Assembly: GCA_965200625.1 (NCBI GenBank)
Contig: OZ241375.1
Coordinates: 580,051-644,050 of the forward strand
Source: Dehalococcoidia bacterium
Lineage (GTDB): Bacteria; Chloroflexota; Dehalococcoidia; Bin125
DNA: 64,000 nt
Reading direction: 5' to 3'
In this document: piece after piece, positions 44,988 to 54,273 of the stretch
How positions within the stretch are numbered: the first letter of the stretch is position 1
How the letters are laid out: every line of letters begins with the position of its first letter
Position numbers and translations under genes: made by a program
Notes under the pieces: model-generated
Told to the model about the DNA's origin: nothing
What the model saw: only the letters and a program-made list of their open reading frames with translations
The model's database searches: none

Positions 44988-45997
44988 CAGCCGCTCCCTG
45001 TGAACCGCTCGAACTCGCGCAGAAACCGCACATCGTTGCGGTAGAAGTGTCGGATGTCGCGGACGCCGTAGCGCAGCATCGCCACGCGCTCGACGCCCAT
45101 GCCAAAGGCAAACCCGGTGTAGCGCTCGGGGTCGAGCCCGGCGTCCTCAATGATCTCGGGATGAACCATCCCGCAGCCCAGGACCTCCAGCCAGTCGCCC
45201 TGCCAGCGCACGCCGAGCTCCGCCCCCGGCTCGACGAAGGGAAAATAGTCGCAGCGGAAGCGCGTCTCAATCTCAGCCCCAAAGACGCGGCGCACAAACG
45301 CTTCCAGCGTGCCCTTGAGGTGCGCAAACGACAGATCCTCGTCGATCACCAGGCCCTCAATCTGCGTCAACATCCACTCATGGGTCGCGTCCGTCGCCTC
45401 ATAGCGGTAGCAGGTGCCGGGCACGATCACGCGAATCGGCGGCTGTCGGCGTTCGAGATAGCGAATCTGCATCGGCGAGGTGTGCGTCCGGAGCAACTGA
45501 CGCGGCCCGCCGCTGCCGTCCTCGGCGATCCACATCGTGTCCCACATATCGCGGGCCGGATGGCCGGCGGGAATCCGTAGGCGGTCGAAGTTGTACTCCT
45601 CCAGCTCGACGTCCGGACCTTCGACCACATCGAAGCCCAGATCGCGGAAGGTGCGCTCCATCATCCGCCGCGTCAGCGTGACCGGGTGGAGCGAGCCCAA
45701 CGGCGGCCGGCGGCCCGGCAGGGTGACATCCAACGCCTGGCCGCCCTCGGCCGCCGCGGCGGCCAGCTCCGTCCGCCGCGCGGTGACCGCCTCTTCCAGC
45801 GCCGCCTTGAGGCGGTTCGCGCCAGCGCCGATCAGCGAGCGCTGATCGGCGGGCAGGTCGCGGACGCCGCGCAGCACGGTCGTCAGCCGCCCCCGCCGCC
45901 CCAGCCAGGAGACCCGCCAGGATTCCAACTCGGACTCCGCGCCCGTCTCCGCGAGCGCCGCGCGCGCTTCCGCTTCCAACGCCTCGAGATCAACCAC
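44987..45997 (-). CDS. pheS: Phenylalanyl-tRNA synthetase alpha subunit
   Basis: Re-called to the GTG at 45997 (VVDLEALEAEARAAL...), giving ~336 aa. Class II motifs are present: HP......D.F, LLRTHTSP.Q.R, PG..YR....DATH...F.Q.EG and FGMGVERVAMLRYG..DIR. Confidence 0.9.
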   Translation of the reverse strand: MVDLEALEAEARAALAETGAESELESWRVSWLGRRGRLTTVLRGVRDLPADQRSLIGAGANRLKAALEEAVTARRTELAAAAAEGGQALDVTLPGRRPPLGSLHPVTLTRRMMERTFRDLGFDVVEGPDVELEEYNFDRLRIPAGHPARDMWDTMWIAEDGSGGPRQLLRTHTSPMQIRYLERRQPPIRVIVPGTCYRYEATDATHEWMLTQIEGLVIDEDLSFAHLKGTLEAFVRRVFGAEIETRFRCDYFPFVEPGAELGVRWQGDWLEVLGCGMVHPEIIEDAGLDPERYTGFAFGMGVERVAMLRYGVRDIRHFYRNDVRFLREFERFTGSG

Positions 45998-46167
45998 TGC
46001 GGCCTGCCATCCCTGATCGCTCGGACATACCCGCCCAGCGTACCGCCGTTCGCGCGCTGAGATGGAGCAGACGCAGCCCGAACAGACCGAACAGCCCCGC
46101 GCCTGGATAGTAAACTTACCCTGTGCCCGCGATCCGGCGGCTCGCGCGCGGCTCTGGAGGGTCCAAC

Positions 46168-46416
46168 ATGGCAATGAAAAGTTACATCCTGATCGAGACC
46201 GAGGTCGGTACCGCGAAGACGGTGGCGATCGCGCTGGGCGAGATGGCGGCCGCCGGGGAGGAAATCAAATCGGTCGAACTGGTCACCGGGCCGTTCGACG
46301 TGATCTGCCTCATTGAGACCGACAACCTAGAACAGTTGGGAACATGCATCACCGACTCGATCCAGACGGTGGCCGGGGTCAAACGCACCACCACCTGCCT
46401 GACGATCCAGGTCTGA
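46168..46416 (+). CDS. Stand-alone Lrp/AsnC-type ligand-binding (RAM) domain protein
   Basis: Re-called to the ATG at 46168 (MAMKSYILIETEVGTAKTVAIALGEM..I..VELVTGPFDVICLIE). It is 82 aa and has no HTH. Confidence 0.6.
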   Translation: MAMKSYILIETEVGTAKTVAIALGEMAAAGEEIKSVELVTGPFDVICLIETDNLEQLGTCITDSIQTVAGVKRTTTCLTIQV

Positions 46417-46447
46417 ACCAAGTCGGAACCAGGTCGGAACCAGACTG
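46415..46447. repeat. 3 x 11-bp tandem repeat (GAACCAAGTCG / GAACCAGGTCG / GAACCAGACTG) filling the RAM-gene/moeA spacer
   Basis: Read directly from the sequence. It starts inside the TGA stop at 46414-46416, and its last two nt plus the next two (46446-46449, TGGA) run into the putative moeA RBS GGAG at 46447-46450. Confidence 0.8.
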
Positions 46448-46457
46448 GAGTGAGCTG

Positions 46458-47783
46458 ATGTCTGTCTCCCAGACTGGCGCCCCGCTCGCCACGGAACCGC
46501 CCGCTGACCTGCTCCCGGTCGAGGAAGCGGCGACCCGCATCCTCTCCTTCTGTCAGCAGCTGCCGTCCGAAATCCGCGCCATCGATGACGCGATCGGACA
46601 GGTGCTGGCGGCCGATATCAGCGCCCCGTTCGACATCCCGCCCCACGACAACACGGCGATGGACGGCTACGCCGTGCAGTCCGCCAGCACCGACGGCGCG
46701 TCGGAGACGAACCCGGTGCGCCTGCGCGTGATCGGCGAACTGGCGGCGGGATACCTGTACGACAGGTCAGTCGGCCCGGGCGAGGCCGTGCGGATCATGA
46801 CCGGCGCGCCGATGCCCGACGGCGCGGACACGATCGTCCCGTTTGAGGAGACCGACGAAGAGGGTCTGCGCGCGCCCGGTCAGGCGCATGAGGTGATCGC
46901 GGATGTGGGCATTCTCAAGGCGGCGGGCGTCGGCAACAACATCCGCCGCCGCGGCGAGGATGTGCGCGAGGGCCAGCAAGTGCTCAACGCCGGAACCGTC
47001 CTGCGCGGCCCGGAGGTGGCAGTGCTCGCCTCGCTGGGCGTCGCGGAGGTGGAGGTGATCCGCCGCCCGCGCGTCGCCATCCTCTCCACCGGCGACGAGC
47101 TGCTGACGCCGGGCGAGGCGCCCGCGCCGGGCAAGATTTATGACTCCAACTCCTACGGCCTCAGCGCGCTGGTCACCCAGTACGGCGGTGTGCCCCAGCG
47201 TTTCGGCATCGCCCAGGACACGATTCCCGCGCTGACCGCCAAGATCAACGAAGCGCTCGCCACCTGCGATCTGGTCATCACCTCCGCCGGCGTCTCGCGC
47301 GGCGACTTCGATGTGGTCAAGGAAGTCCTCGCCCGCGAGGGTGCAATCGACTTCTGGACAGTCTGCATGAAGCCGGGCAAACCGCTGGCCTTCGGCGAGT
47401 TCGCCGCGCCCGACGGCGGCCGCGTGCCGCACATCGGGCTGCCCGGCAACCCGGTCTCCTCGCTGCTCGCCTTCGAGCTGTTCGGTCGGCTGGCGATCTA
47501 CCAGATGATGGGACGGCAGCCGCAGCCGCGTCCGATCCTGCGGGCGATCGCCGATGACGACATCGTCAACACCGACTGGCGGCGCGTCTACGCCCGCGCG
47601 ATCCTCGACCGCGGCGCCGACGGCCGCTGGCACGCGCGGCTGACCGGGCCGCAGGGCAGCGGCGTGCTCACGTCAATGGCGCTCGCGAATGGCTACGCTG
47701 TATGCCCAGAGGATCAGGAACGCGTCCGCGCCGGTGAAGAGTGCGATGTGATCATGGTGGACTGGGACCACCCGCTCGATTGA
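46458..47783 (+). CDS. moeA: Molybdopterin molybdenumtransferase
   Basis: Re-called to the ATG at 46458, which follows GGAG. It has DNTAMDGYAV, RIMTGAP.P.GAD, VAILSTGDEL, SGGVS.GD.D and GLPGNPVS. Confidence 0.85.
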   Translation: MSVSQTGAPLATEPPADLLPVEEAATRILSFCQQLPSEIRAIDDAIGQVLAADISAPFDIPPHDNTAMDGYAVQSASTDGASETNPVRLRVIGELAAGYLYDRSVGPGEAVRIMTGAPMPDGADTIVPFEETDEEGLRAPGQAHEVIADVGILKAAGVGNNIRRRGEDVREGQQVLNAGTVLRGPEVAVLASLGVAEVEVIRRPRVAILSTGDELLTPGEAPAPGKIYDSNSYGLSALVTQYGGVPQRFGIAQDTIPALTAKINEALATCDLVITSAGVSRGDFDVVKEVLAREGAIDFWTVCMKPGKPLAFGEFAAPDGGRVPHIGLPGNPVSSLLAFELFGRLAIYQMMGRQPQPRPILRAIADDDIVNTDWRRVYARAILDRGADGRWHARLTGPQGSGVLTSMALANGYAVCPEDQERVRAGEECDVIMVDWDHPLD

Positions 47784-47837
47784 CCCCGATCGCGTCCCGC
47801 TTCGCCGCGCCCGGCGACCAGAGAATCGAGGGGAACG

Positions 47838-49163
47838 ATGTCAGTCCGAACCGCCCTCCGCGCCGCGCTGGCGCCCGTCTATATCCGCACCCGCCTGATG
47901 CAGGAGAAGCTCCAGTCCGGCGTCGTCTGGTACCCGCTGGATCCGAACTTCATCGCCAATCCCTACCCCACCTACAAGGAACTGCGCGAGCGCGATCCGT
48001 ACCATCCCAGCCCGCTGACCAAGGCGCTGGTCGTCTCCCGCTACGAGGATGTTGACGCCGTCCTGCGCAACTACAAGGTCTTCTCCAACCAACGCGGACC
48101 GGTCGGCACCCGCAACCGCCGCAACATCGGCGAGCAGATTGAGAATGAGCTGCAACCCTCAATGCTCTCGCTCGATCCGCCCGACCACACCCGCCTGCGC
48201 GGGCTGGTCAGCCGCGCGTTCACCCCGCGTCAGGTAGCCAAGATGGAGGATCACATCCGCGCGACCGCGCACGCGCTGTTTGATGAGGTCGAGGGCGAGA
48301 CCGAATTCGATCTGATGAAGAGCCTGGCCTCGCAGCTGCCGACGGTCGTGATCGCCGAGATGATCGGCGTGCCCACCGAAGATCGAGCACAGTTCAAAGG
48401 CTGGTCCGACCGCTTCGCCCGCGTCCTGGAGCCGAACCTGACCGAACCGGAGCTCCAGGATGTCTTTGAGGCGGGCCAGCTGTTCGACGCCTATTTCCAG
48501 GGCATCGTCGCCGAGCACCGCGAGAATCCGAAGGATGACCTCGTCTCACGCTTGATCGAGGCGGAGGAAGAGGGTGATCGGCTCACCGAAGCGGAGATGA
48601 TCGTCACGCTGCGGCTGCTGCTCGTCGCCGGAAACGAGACGACTACCAACCTGATTGGCAACGGCCTGAAAGCGCTGTTGGAGCATCCCGAGCAGCTGCA
48701 ACTGCTCCGAGAACGCCCGGATCTGATCGACAACGCGATTGAAGAGCTGCTGCGTTATGACTCGCCGGTGCAGCTCGACGGCCGCACCACGCTGACGGAG
48801 TACGAGCTCGATCGGCACCAGCTCAAGCCGGGTCGGCCGGTGTCTCTGCTAATCGGCGGCGCTAACCGCGATCCGGAACAGTTCAGTGATCCCGAGACGC
48901 TCGACGTGACCCGCGAGGACGCCGGCAACATCTCCTTCGGCCGCGGCATCCACCACTGCCTCGGCGCGCCGCTGGCGCGGCTCGAGGGCAAAATCGCCTT
49001 TGAAGCGCTGCTGGAGCGCTACGAAGACATCCGCTTCGGCGCCCGGACGCCGGTGTACAAGCCAAACATCGTCCTCCGCGGCTTGCGGCATCTCGACCTT
49101 CAGGTCACCCGCGCCAGCAGTCGCACGGTCGCGGCGCCGGGCCTCGAAGTCGCCGCGGACTGA
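47838..49163 (+). CDS. Cytochrome P450 (paralog 1)
   Basis: I-helix LLLVAGNETTTN, ExxR (EELLRY), and the heme loop FGRGIHHCLGAPLARLE. The start could instead be the internal ATG at 47898. Confidence 0.85.
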   Translation: MSVRTALRAALAPVYIRTRLMQEKLQSGVVWYPLDPNFIANPYPTYKELRERDPYHPSPLTKALVVSRYEDVDAVLRNYKVFSNQRGPVGTRNRRNIGEQIENELQPSMLSLDPPDHTRLRGLVSRAFTPRQVAKMEDHIRATAHALFDEVEGETEFDLMKSLASQLPTVVIAEMIGVPTEDRAQFKGWSDRFARVLEPNLTEPELQDVFEAGQLFDAYFQGIVAEHRENPKDDLVSRLIEAEEEGDRLTEAEMIVTLRLLLVAGNETTTNLIGNGLKALLEHPEQLQLLRERPDLIDNAIEELLRYDSPVQLDGRTTLTEYELDRHQLKPGRPVSLLIGGANRDPEQFSDPETLDVTREDAGNISFGRGIHHCLGAPLARLEGKIAFEALLERYEDIRFGARTPVYKPNIVLRGLRHLDLQVTRASSRTVAAPGLEVAAD

Positions 49164-49179
49164 GCTTTCGAGGTTGATC

Positions 49180-50370
49180 ATGACGCAGACCGCCGCCCTC
49201 TGGAATCCGTTTACGCCCGCCTTCACGGCGAATCCGTATCCGTTCTACCGAGCGTTACGCGAGTCCGACCCCTATCACCTGAGCGAGGCGACCGGCCATT
49301 TCGTCGTCTCGCGCTACGAAGACGTGGATGAAATCCTCCGCGACTGGCGGCGGTTCTCAAACGAGCCCGCGCCCGACGGTCCGGCCGACGTGGGCACCGA
49401 CACGTCGATGCTTCAGCGCGATCCGCCCGATCACACGCGGCTGCGCGGCCTGGTCAGCCGCGCGTTCACCCCGCGGCGGATCGCCGCCCTGGAAGCGCAT
49501 ATCCGCGAAACGGCGCACGCGCTGCTCGACGAAGTCGAAGGCGAGACCGAGTTCGATCTGATGCAGAACCTGGCCGCGCTGCTGCCGACGGTCGTGATCG
49601 CCGAGATGATCGGCGTGCCCACGGAAGATCGCGAGGACTTCAAGGCCTGGTCCGACGCCTTCATCCGTGGCGGCGGCGGCCCGGGGACGCCTGAGGAAGC
49701 CGAACAGCGCCTGGCCGCCGGCCAGATGCTCCGTGAGTACTTCGCGGCGCAGGTGGCGTGCCGCCGCCAGGAACCGGCGGAGGACCTGATCACGCGGCTG
49801 ATAACCGCCCGAGACGAGGAAGACCAGCTGACCGAGCAGGAGCTGATTTCCACCCTCATCCTGCTCCTTCTCGCCGGCAACGAGACGACGACCAACCTGA
49901 TCGGCAACGGGCTCAAGGCGCTGCTGGAGCACCCCGAACAGCTGCACACGCTGCGCGAGCAGCCCGAACTGCTCGGCAACGCGATTGAAGAACTGCTGCG
50001 TTATGACTCGCCAGTGCAACTGGATCCACGCCTCACGACCGAAGAGGTCGTCCTCGGCGGCAAAGCGATCGGGCCCGGTCAGCCGGTGATCCTGGTAATC
50101 GGCGGCGCCAACCGCGATCCGGAACAGTTCCCCGATCCGGAAACGCTGGACATTACCCGCGCCGACGTCGGGAGTATCTCGTTCGGACGCGGGATCCACT
50201 TCTGCCTCGGCGCGCCGCTCGCCCGGCTCGAAGGCCGAATCGCGTTCGAGTGTCTGCTCGAGCGCTTCGACGAGATCGAGTTCGGATCACGGGCGCTCGA
50301 GTACCGACCCAACATGTTCTTCCGCGGCCTCGAACACCTGGACATCGCCGTCCACCGACGCTCCCGCTGA
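49180..50370 (+). CDS. Cytochrome P450 (paralog 2)
   Basis: Re-called to the ATG at 49180 (MTQTAALWNPF...). It has LLLLAGNETTTN, EELLRY and FGRGIHFCLGAPLARLE, and it is highly similar to paralog 1. Confidence 0.85.
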   Translation: MTQTAALWNPFTPAFTANPYPFYRALRESDPYHLSEATGHFVVSRYEDVDEILRDWRRFSNEPAPDGPADVGTDTSMLQRDPPDHTRLRGLVSRAFTPRRIAALEAHIRETAHALLDEVEGETEFDLMQNLAALLPTVVIAEMIGVPTEDREDFKAWSDAFIRGGGGPGTPEEAEQRLAAGQMLREYFAAQVACRRQEPAEDLITRLITARDEEDQLTEQELISTLILLLLAGNETTTNLIGNGLKALLEHPEQLHTLREQPELLGNAIEELLRYDSPVQLDPRLTTEEVVLGGKAIGPGQPVILVIGGANRDPEQFPDPETLDITRADVGSISFGRGIHFCLGAPLARLEGRIAFECLLERFDEIEFGSRALEYRPNMFFRGLEHLDIAVHRRSR

Positions 50371-50385
50371 GCGGCGGCTCAGTCG

Positions 50386-50664
50386 TCAGTAGACCGTGTC
50401 GAAGCCGTCGAACTCGCCGGTTGCGACCGCCCACTCCGCCTCCACACCCCTGACCAGCGCGTGCGCGGGTCCGATCTTCAGCTCTTCCAGAAACGCTTCC
50501 AGATCTGCCCGACGCCCTTCCGCCACCACCTCGACCGTCGAGCCGTCCGCCAGATTGCGGACCGTCCCGCCGATGCCGCCAATCTGATCAGCCGTGATTT
50601 CGGCGAACACTCGATAGCCAACCATCTGCACACGCCCGCGCACACGCAGCGTCAGCCGCACCAT
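50386..50664 (-). CDS. acyP: Acylphosphatase
   Basis: 92 aa. V.GRVQMVGYR.F and G.V.N..DGSVE.V.EG are canonical. Confidence 0.8.
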   Translation of the reverse strand: MVRLTLRVRGRVQMVGYRVFAEITADQIGGIGGTVRNLADGSTVEVVAEGRRADLEAFLEELKIGPAHALVRGVEAEWAVATGEFDGFDTVY

Positions 50665-52415
50665 CAGGCCGGACCGACTACCGCGTCGATCGCGTCCGCG
50701 ACGATCGCCGCCGGCACATCATCGCGCACGATCGGATTGCCCACGCTCTCCAGCAACACCCAGCGCTGCTTGCCGCCGACCACCTTCTTGTCTCGCGACA
50801 TCGCCTCCAGAATCTCCGCCCGCCGCAGACCCGCCGGTGCGCGCGTCGGCAGGCCAAAGCGCTCGATCAGGCGACGGTGCCGCCTCACCAGTGATTCATC
50901 GATGAAACCGAGCGCGCAGCCGATCTCGGCGACCGCGACCATGCCCATCGCCACCGCTTCGCCGTGCAGCACGGCGCTGTAGCCGGTGACTGACTCGATC
51001 GCGTGACCCAACGTGTGCCCGTAGTTGAGAATCGCGCGAATGTCGGACTCGCGCTCGTCGGCGGAGACGACCGCCGCCTTGATCGCCTGGTTGCGTGTGA
51101 TGATGTCCACCAGCAGCTGCCGCCGATCCGCTTCGTCGGTGCCCGCCGCCGGGTTTAGCAGCGCGTCGGCGGATGCTTCCAACAGCTCGAGCATCGGCTC
51201 GTCGCGGATGAAGCCGTGCTTGATCACTTCGGCAAACCCGGAGCGCAGCTCGCGCGGCGGCAGCGTGGCCAGCGTGGCCGCGTCCGCCAACACCGCCCGC
51301 GGCTGGTAGAACGCGCCGACCAGATTCTTGCCCGACGGCAGATCGACAGCCACCTTACCGCCGATGGCGGCGTCGACCATGCCTAGCACAGTGGTCGGCG
51401 CGTGCACCAACGGCATCCCGCGCAGATAGGTCGCCGCAACCGTGCCTGCGAGATCGGTTGTGACGCCGCCGCCCAGAGCGAAGATGATGTCGCGCCTCTC
51501 CGCGCGGTGGGACGACAACCAGCTGTAGAGCGCCTCCAGCGAGGCCAGCGATTTGCTCGCCTCGCCCGAGGGCACCGCGTAGGACTCGACAGAGCGGCCC
51601 GCAGCCTCCAGCGAGCGCCGCGCGACCGCGCCGTGTGAGGCGATGATCGCCTCATCGGCAATCAGGAAGACCCGACCGCGCAGCCCCAGCCGTTCCAGAA
51701 TGTCGCCGCCGCGCTCCAGCAAGCCCCAGGCGCAGTACACAGGATAGCGCGCCGAGCCGGCGTCAACGACGCAGCCGACCTCGGGCCCGAAATCGATCAA
51801 CGGCGGCGGATCAACGCCGGGACCGTTGCGCATCTCCCGCAGGCGCGCATCGGAAGCGAGCGCGGCGCGAGACCGCCGCCGCACAGCGGCCACGATCTCG
51901 TCAACCGCTTCCCCAATCTCAATGTCATCCGTATGCACGGTCAGGTCCGAGAGCGCGTAGAACGGCTGGCGCGCCGCCTTCAGGGTCTCCACGCGGCGGC
52001 GCGGATCGGCGCCGGCCAGCATCGGCCTCACTTCGGTCGTGCCCTGCTCGGTCTCCGCATAGCGGGCCAGGATGGTCGCCGTGCGCGCCTCCAGCGCGAC
52101 AATGAAGCCCCGCTCAGCGAGCTGCGCGCGGCTGTCCGCGTGCAGCCAGACGCCGCCGCCGGTCGCAATCACCACGCCGTCCCGAGCGGCCGCCTCGTGG
52201 ACGGCCTGCTGCTCGCGGGCGCGAAATCCGCTTTCCCCTTCGGCCTCGAAAATCTGCGGAATGCTGCGCCCCGCGGTGCGTTCGATCTCGACATCGAGAT
52301 CAATCGCCGTCCAGCCGAGCTGATGCGCGATAAACGGCGCAAGCACCGACTTCCCCGTGGCGCTGAAGCCGATCAGCACGACGCGCTTCAGACCGTCCGG
52401 CGCACTCATCACCAC
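50664..52415 (-). CDS. aroKB: Fused shikimate kinase (N-terminal) / 3-dehydroquinate synthase (C-terminal)
   Basis: The N-terminal ~170 aa carry VVLIGFSATGKS...DLD..IE...G.SI..IF...GE..FR..E....ATGGG. The C-terminus carries AroB motifs (ALGGGV..DLAG..AATY.RG...V..PTT.L.MVDAAIGGK, GHT.GHAIE). The stop overlaps the acyP start by 1 nt. Confidence 0.85.
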   Translation of the reverse strand: MVMSAPDGLKRVVLIGFSATGKSVLAPFIAHQLGWTAIDLDVEIERTAGRSIPQIFEAEGESGFRAREQQAVHEAAARDGVVIATGGGVWLHADSRAQLAERGFIVALEARTATILARYAETEQGTTEVRPMLAGADPRRRVETLKAARQPFYALSDLTVHTDDIEIGEAVDEIVAAVRRRSRAALASDARLREMRNGPGVDPPPLIDFGPEVGCVVDAGSARYPVYCAWGLLERGGDILERLGLRGRVFLIADEAIIASHGAVARRSLEAAGRSVESYAVPSGEASKSLASLEALYSWLSSHRAERRDIIFALGGGVTTDLAGTVAATYLRGMPLVHAPTTVLGMVDAAIGGKVAVDLPSGKNLVGAFYQPRAVLADAATLATLPPRELRSGFAEVIKHGFIRDEPMLELLEASADALLNPAAGTDEADRRQLLVDIITRNQAIKAAVVSADERESDIRAILNYGHTLGHAIESVTGYSAVLHGEAVAMGMVAVAEIGCALGFIDESLVRRHRRLIERFGLPTRAPAGLRRAEILEAMSRDKKVVGGKQRWVLLESVGNPIVRDDVPAAIVADAIDAVVGPA

Positions 52416-53608
52416 GCTCCGCGCGGGATAGCGGTCTCGAGGAATGCGTCCATGTTGCGGCGCGTCTCCGCGAGCGAATCGCCGCCAAACTTCTCCAACA
52501 ATGCGTCGGCGAGGACAAGCGCCAGCATCGCCTCGACGATCACGCCCGCCGCCGGCACGACGCAGACATCCGAACGCTCATAGTGCGCTTCGACGCGCTC
52601 GCCGGTCGTCAAATCGGCAGAGGGCAGCGGGTGGGCGAGCGTGGCGATCGGCTTCACCGCGACCCGCACCAGCAGCTCCTCGCCGTTGGAAATCCCGCCC
52701 TCGATGCCGCCAGCGTGGTTCGTCTGGCGCCGCCAGGGACGGTCGCCCCAGGCGTCCTGGGGCAGGACGACATCGTGGTAGCCGCGCCCGCTCAGCGCCG
52801 CGCCGCTGAATCCGTCGCCGATCTCGACGCCCTTGAAGGCGTTCATCGAAAGAATCGCCTGACCGATCCGGCCGCTCAGCTTGCGATCCCACTGCACATG
52901 GGAGCCCAACCCGAACGGCACGCCGCTGACCCGCGCCTCCAAGGTTCCGCCCAACGTGTCGCCGTCGCGTTTCGCCTCGTTGATCGCGGCGATCATCGCC
53001 TCTGCCACATCCGCATCGGCGCAGCGCACCGGTGACTCCTCCACCGCGCGCCAATCGACCGCAATGCCCGGCTCGACCGCCACCGCACCGATCTGGACGA
53101 CGTGGCTGTGAAAGTCGCAGCCCAGCTCCTCACAGAGCAGCCGTGCGACCGCGCCCGCGCCAACGCGGGCCGCGCTCTCGCGCGCCGACGCGCGTTCCAA
53201 GGAGTCGCGGACATCCTCATAGCCGTATTTCAGCGACGCGGACAGGTCGGCATGACCCGGCCGCACGCGCGTCACCTGAGTCGGCGGCGGCTCGACGGCA
53301 TCGAGCGACATCGTTTCCCGCCAGGGCCGCTTGTCGGGGCCGAGCCCCTTGTCGAAGTCGCGGTTCTCGATCCACAGCGCCACCGGGCTGCCGATCGTCC
53401 GCCCCTGACGCACGCCGCCGCGAATCTGGGCGTAATCGGTTTCGATCTTCATCCGCCCGCCGCGGCCGTAGCCCTTCTGGCGGCGGGCCAGTTGCTGGCG
53501 AATCTGCTCCTCCGACAGCGGCAGCCCTGCCGGCACGCCGTCCACGATCACGGTCAGGCCAGGCCCGTGCGATTCACCCGCCGTAAACCAGCGCAGACTG
53601 CCCATCAA
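52409..53608 (-). CDS. aroC: Chorismate synthase
   Basis: LRW.TAGESHGP, RPGHAD and GR.S.RE.A.RV are canonical. Its 3' end overlaps the aroK/B start by 7 nt. Confidence 0.9.
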   Translation of the reverse strand: MMGSLRWFTAGESHGPGLTVIVDGVPAGLPLSEEQIRQQLARRQKGYGRGGRMKIETDYAQIRGGVRQGRTIGSPVALWIENRDFDKGLGPDKRPWRETMSLDAVEPPPTQVTRVRPGHADLSASLKYGYEDVRDSLERASARESAARVGAGAVARLLCEELGCDFHSHVVQIGAVAVEPGIAVDWRAVEESPVRCADADVAEAMIAAINEAKRDGDTLGGTLEARVSGVPFGLGSHVQWDRKLSGRIGQAILSMNAFKGVEIGDGFSGAALSGRGYHDVVLPQDAWGDRPWRRQTNHAGGIEGGISNGEELLVRVAVKPIATLAHPLPSADLTTGERVEAHYERSDVCVVPAAGVIVEAMLALVLADALLEKFGGDSLAETRRNMDAFLETAIPRGAW

Positions 53609-54273
53609 TCGGTCCCCTGTTCCGCTGCGGGAGGATCATCCGTCTCGGTCACGATATCGGCGAAGCGGTCTTCGGGCAGTTGGATCGGCCGGGGCTCGCC
53701 ATTCGGAGCGCGGTCGGCGGTCGTCTCAAACTCACTCGCCAGCACGGCGGGCGGCAGGTTCCAGTCGAGGCTCATCGCCGCTCCGCGCTCAGCCTCGACG
53801 CACAAAATCGGCAGCGCCTCCGCCGCGCCCTCCGCGTTGCGAAAGGTGGTGTAGACATCCACCCGCACATGGTTGGGACGGAAGTTGGGCACGTCGTAGA
53901 AGATCATCTCCACCAACCGCAGAGCCGTCGCGTAGGCGGTGTCCAGCGAGGACGCGATCTGCTCCCGCTTGCCGTCCACCGTGCCAAACTCCGGGTCGGC
54001 CGACGTGCTCACCCGCACATGGCGGGCCGACGCGCCGACCAGATCCAGACCCTGCACGCCCGCCCAGACCGCGGCGCTGACATCTTTGGGCGGACGCTGC
54101 GTGCGCCAGTGTTCGAGCTCCTGATCGAGAATGCCCTGAATCGCCTCCATATCGTTCTGGGCGACCAGCTGCCGCCAGAAGCGATGCGTCCGCGCTTCCT
54201 TGAACAGCAACAGCCCGACTCCCGCAAAGAACGCCGCAATCAGAGCAAAGCCGATCGTCACGCCTTCGTTCAC
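53605..54273 (-). CDS. Hypothetical single-pass membrane protein embedded in the aro operon
   Basis: N-terminal TM helix (VTIGFALIAAFFAGVGLLLF). It has 4-nt ATGA-type overlaps with both aroE (upstream) and aroC (downstream). No family recognised. Confidence 0.5.
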   Translation of the reverse strand: MNEGVTIGFALIAAFFAGVGLLLFKEARTHRFWRQLVAQNDMEAIQGILDQELEHWRTQRPPKDVSAAVWAGVQGLDLVGASARHVRVSTSADPEFGTVDGKREQIASSLDTAYATALRLVEMIFYDVPNFRPNHVRVDVYTTFRNAEGAAEALPILCVEAERGAAMSLDWNLPPAVLASEFETTADRAPNGEPRPIQLPEDRFADIVTETDDPPAAEQGTD

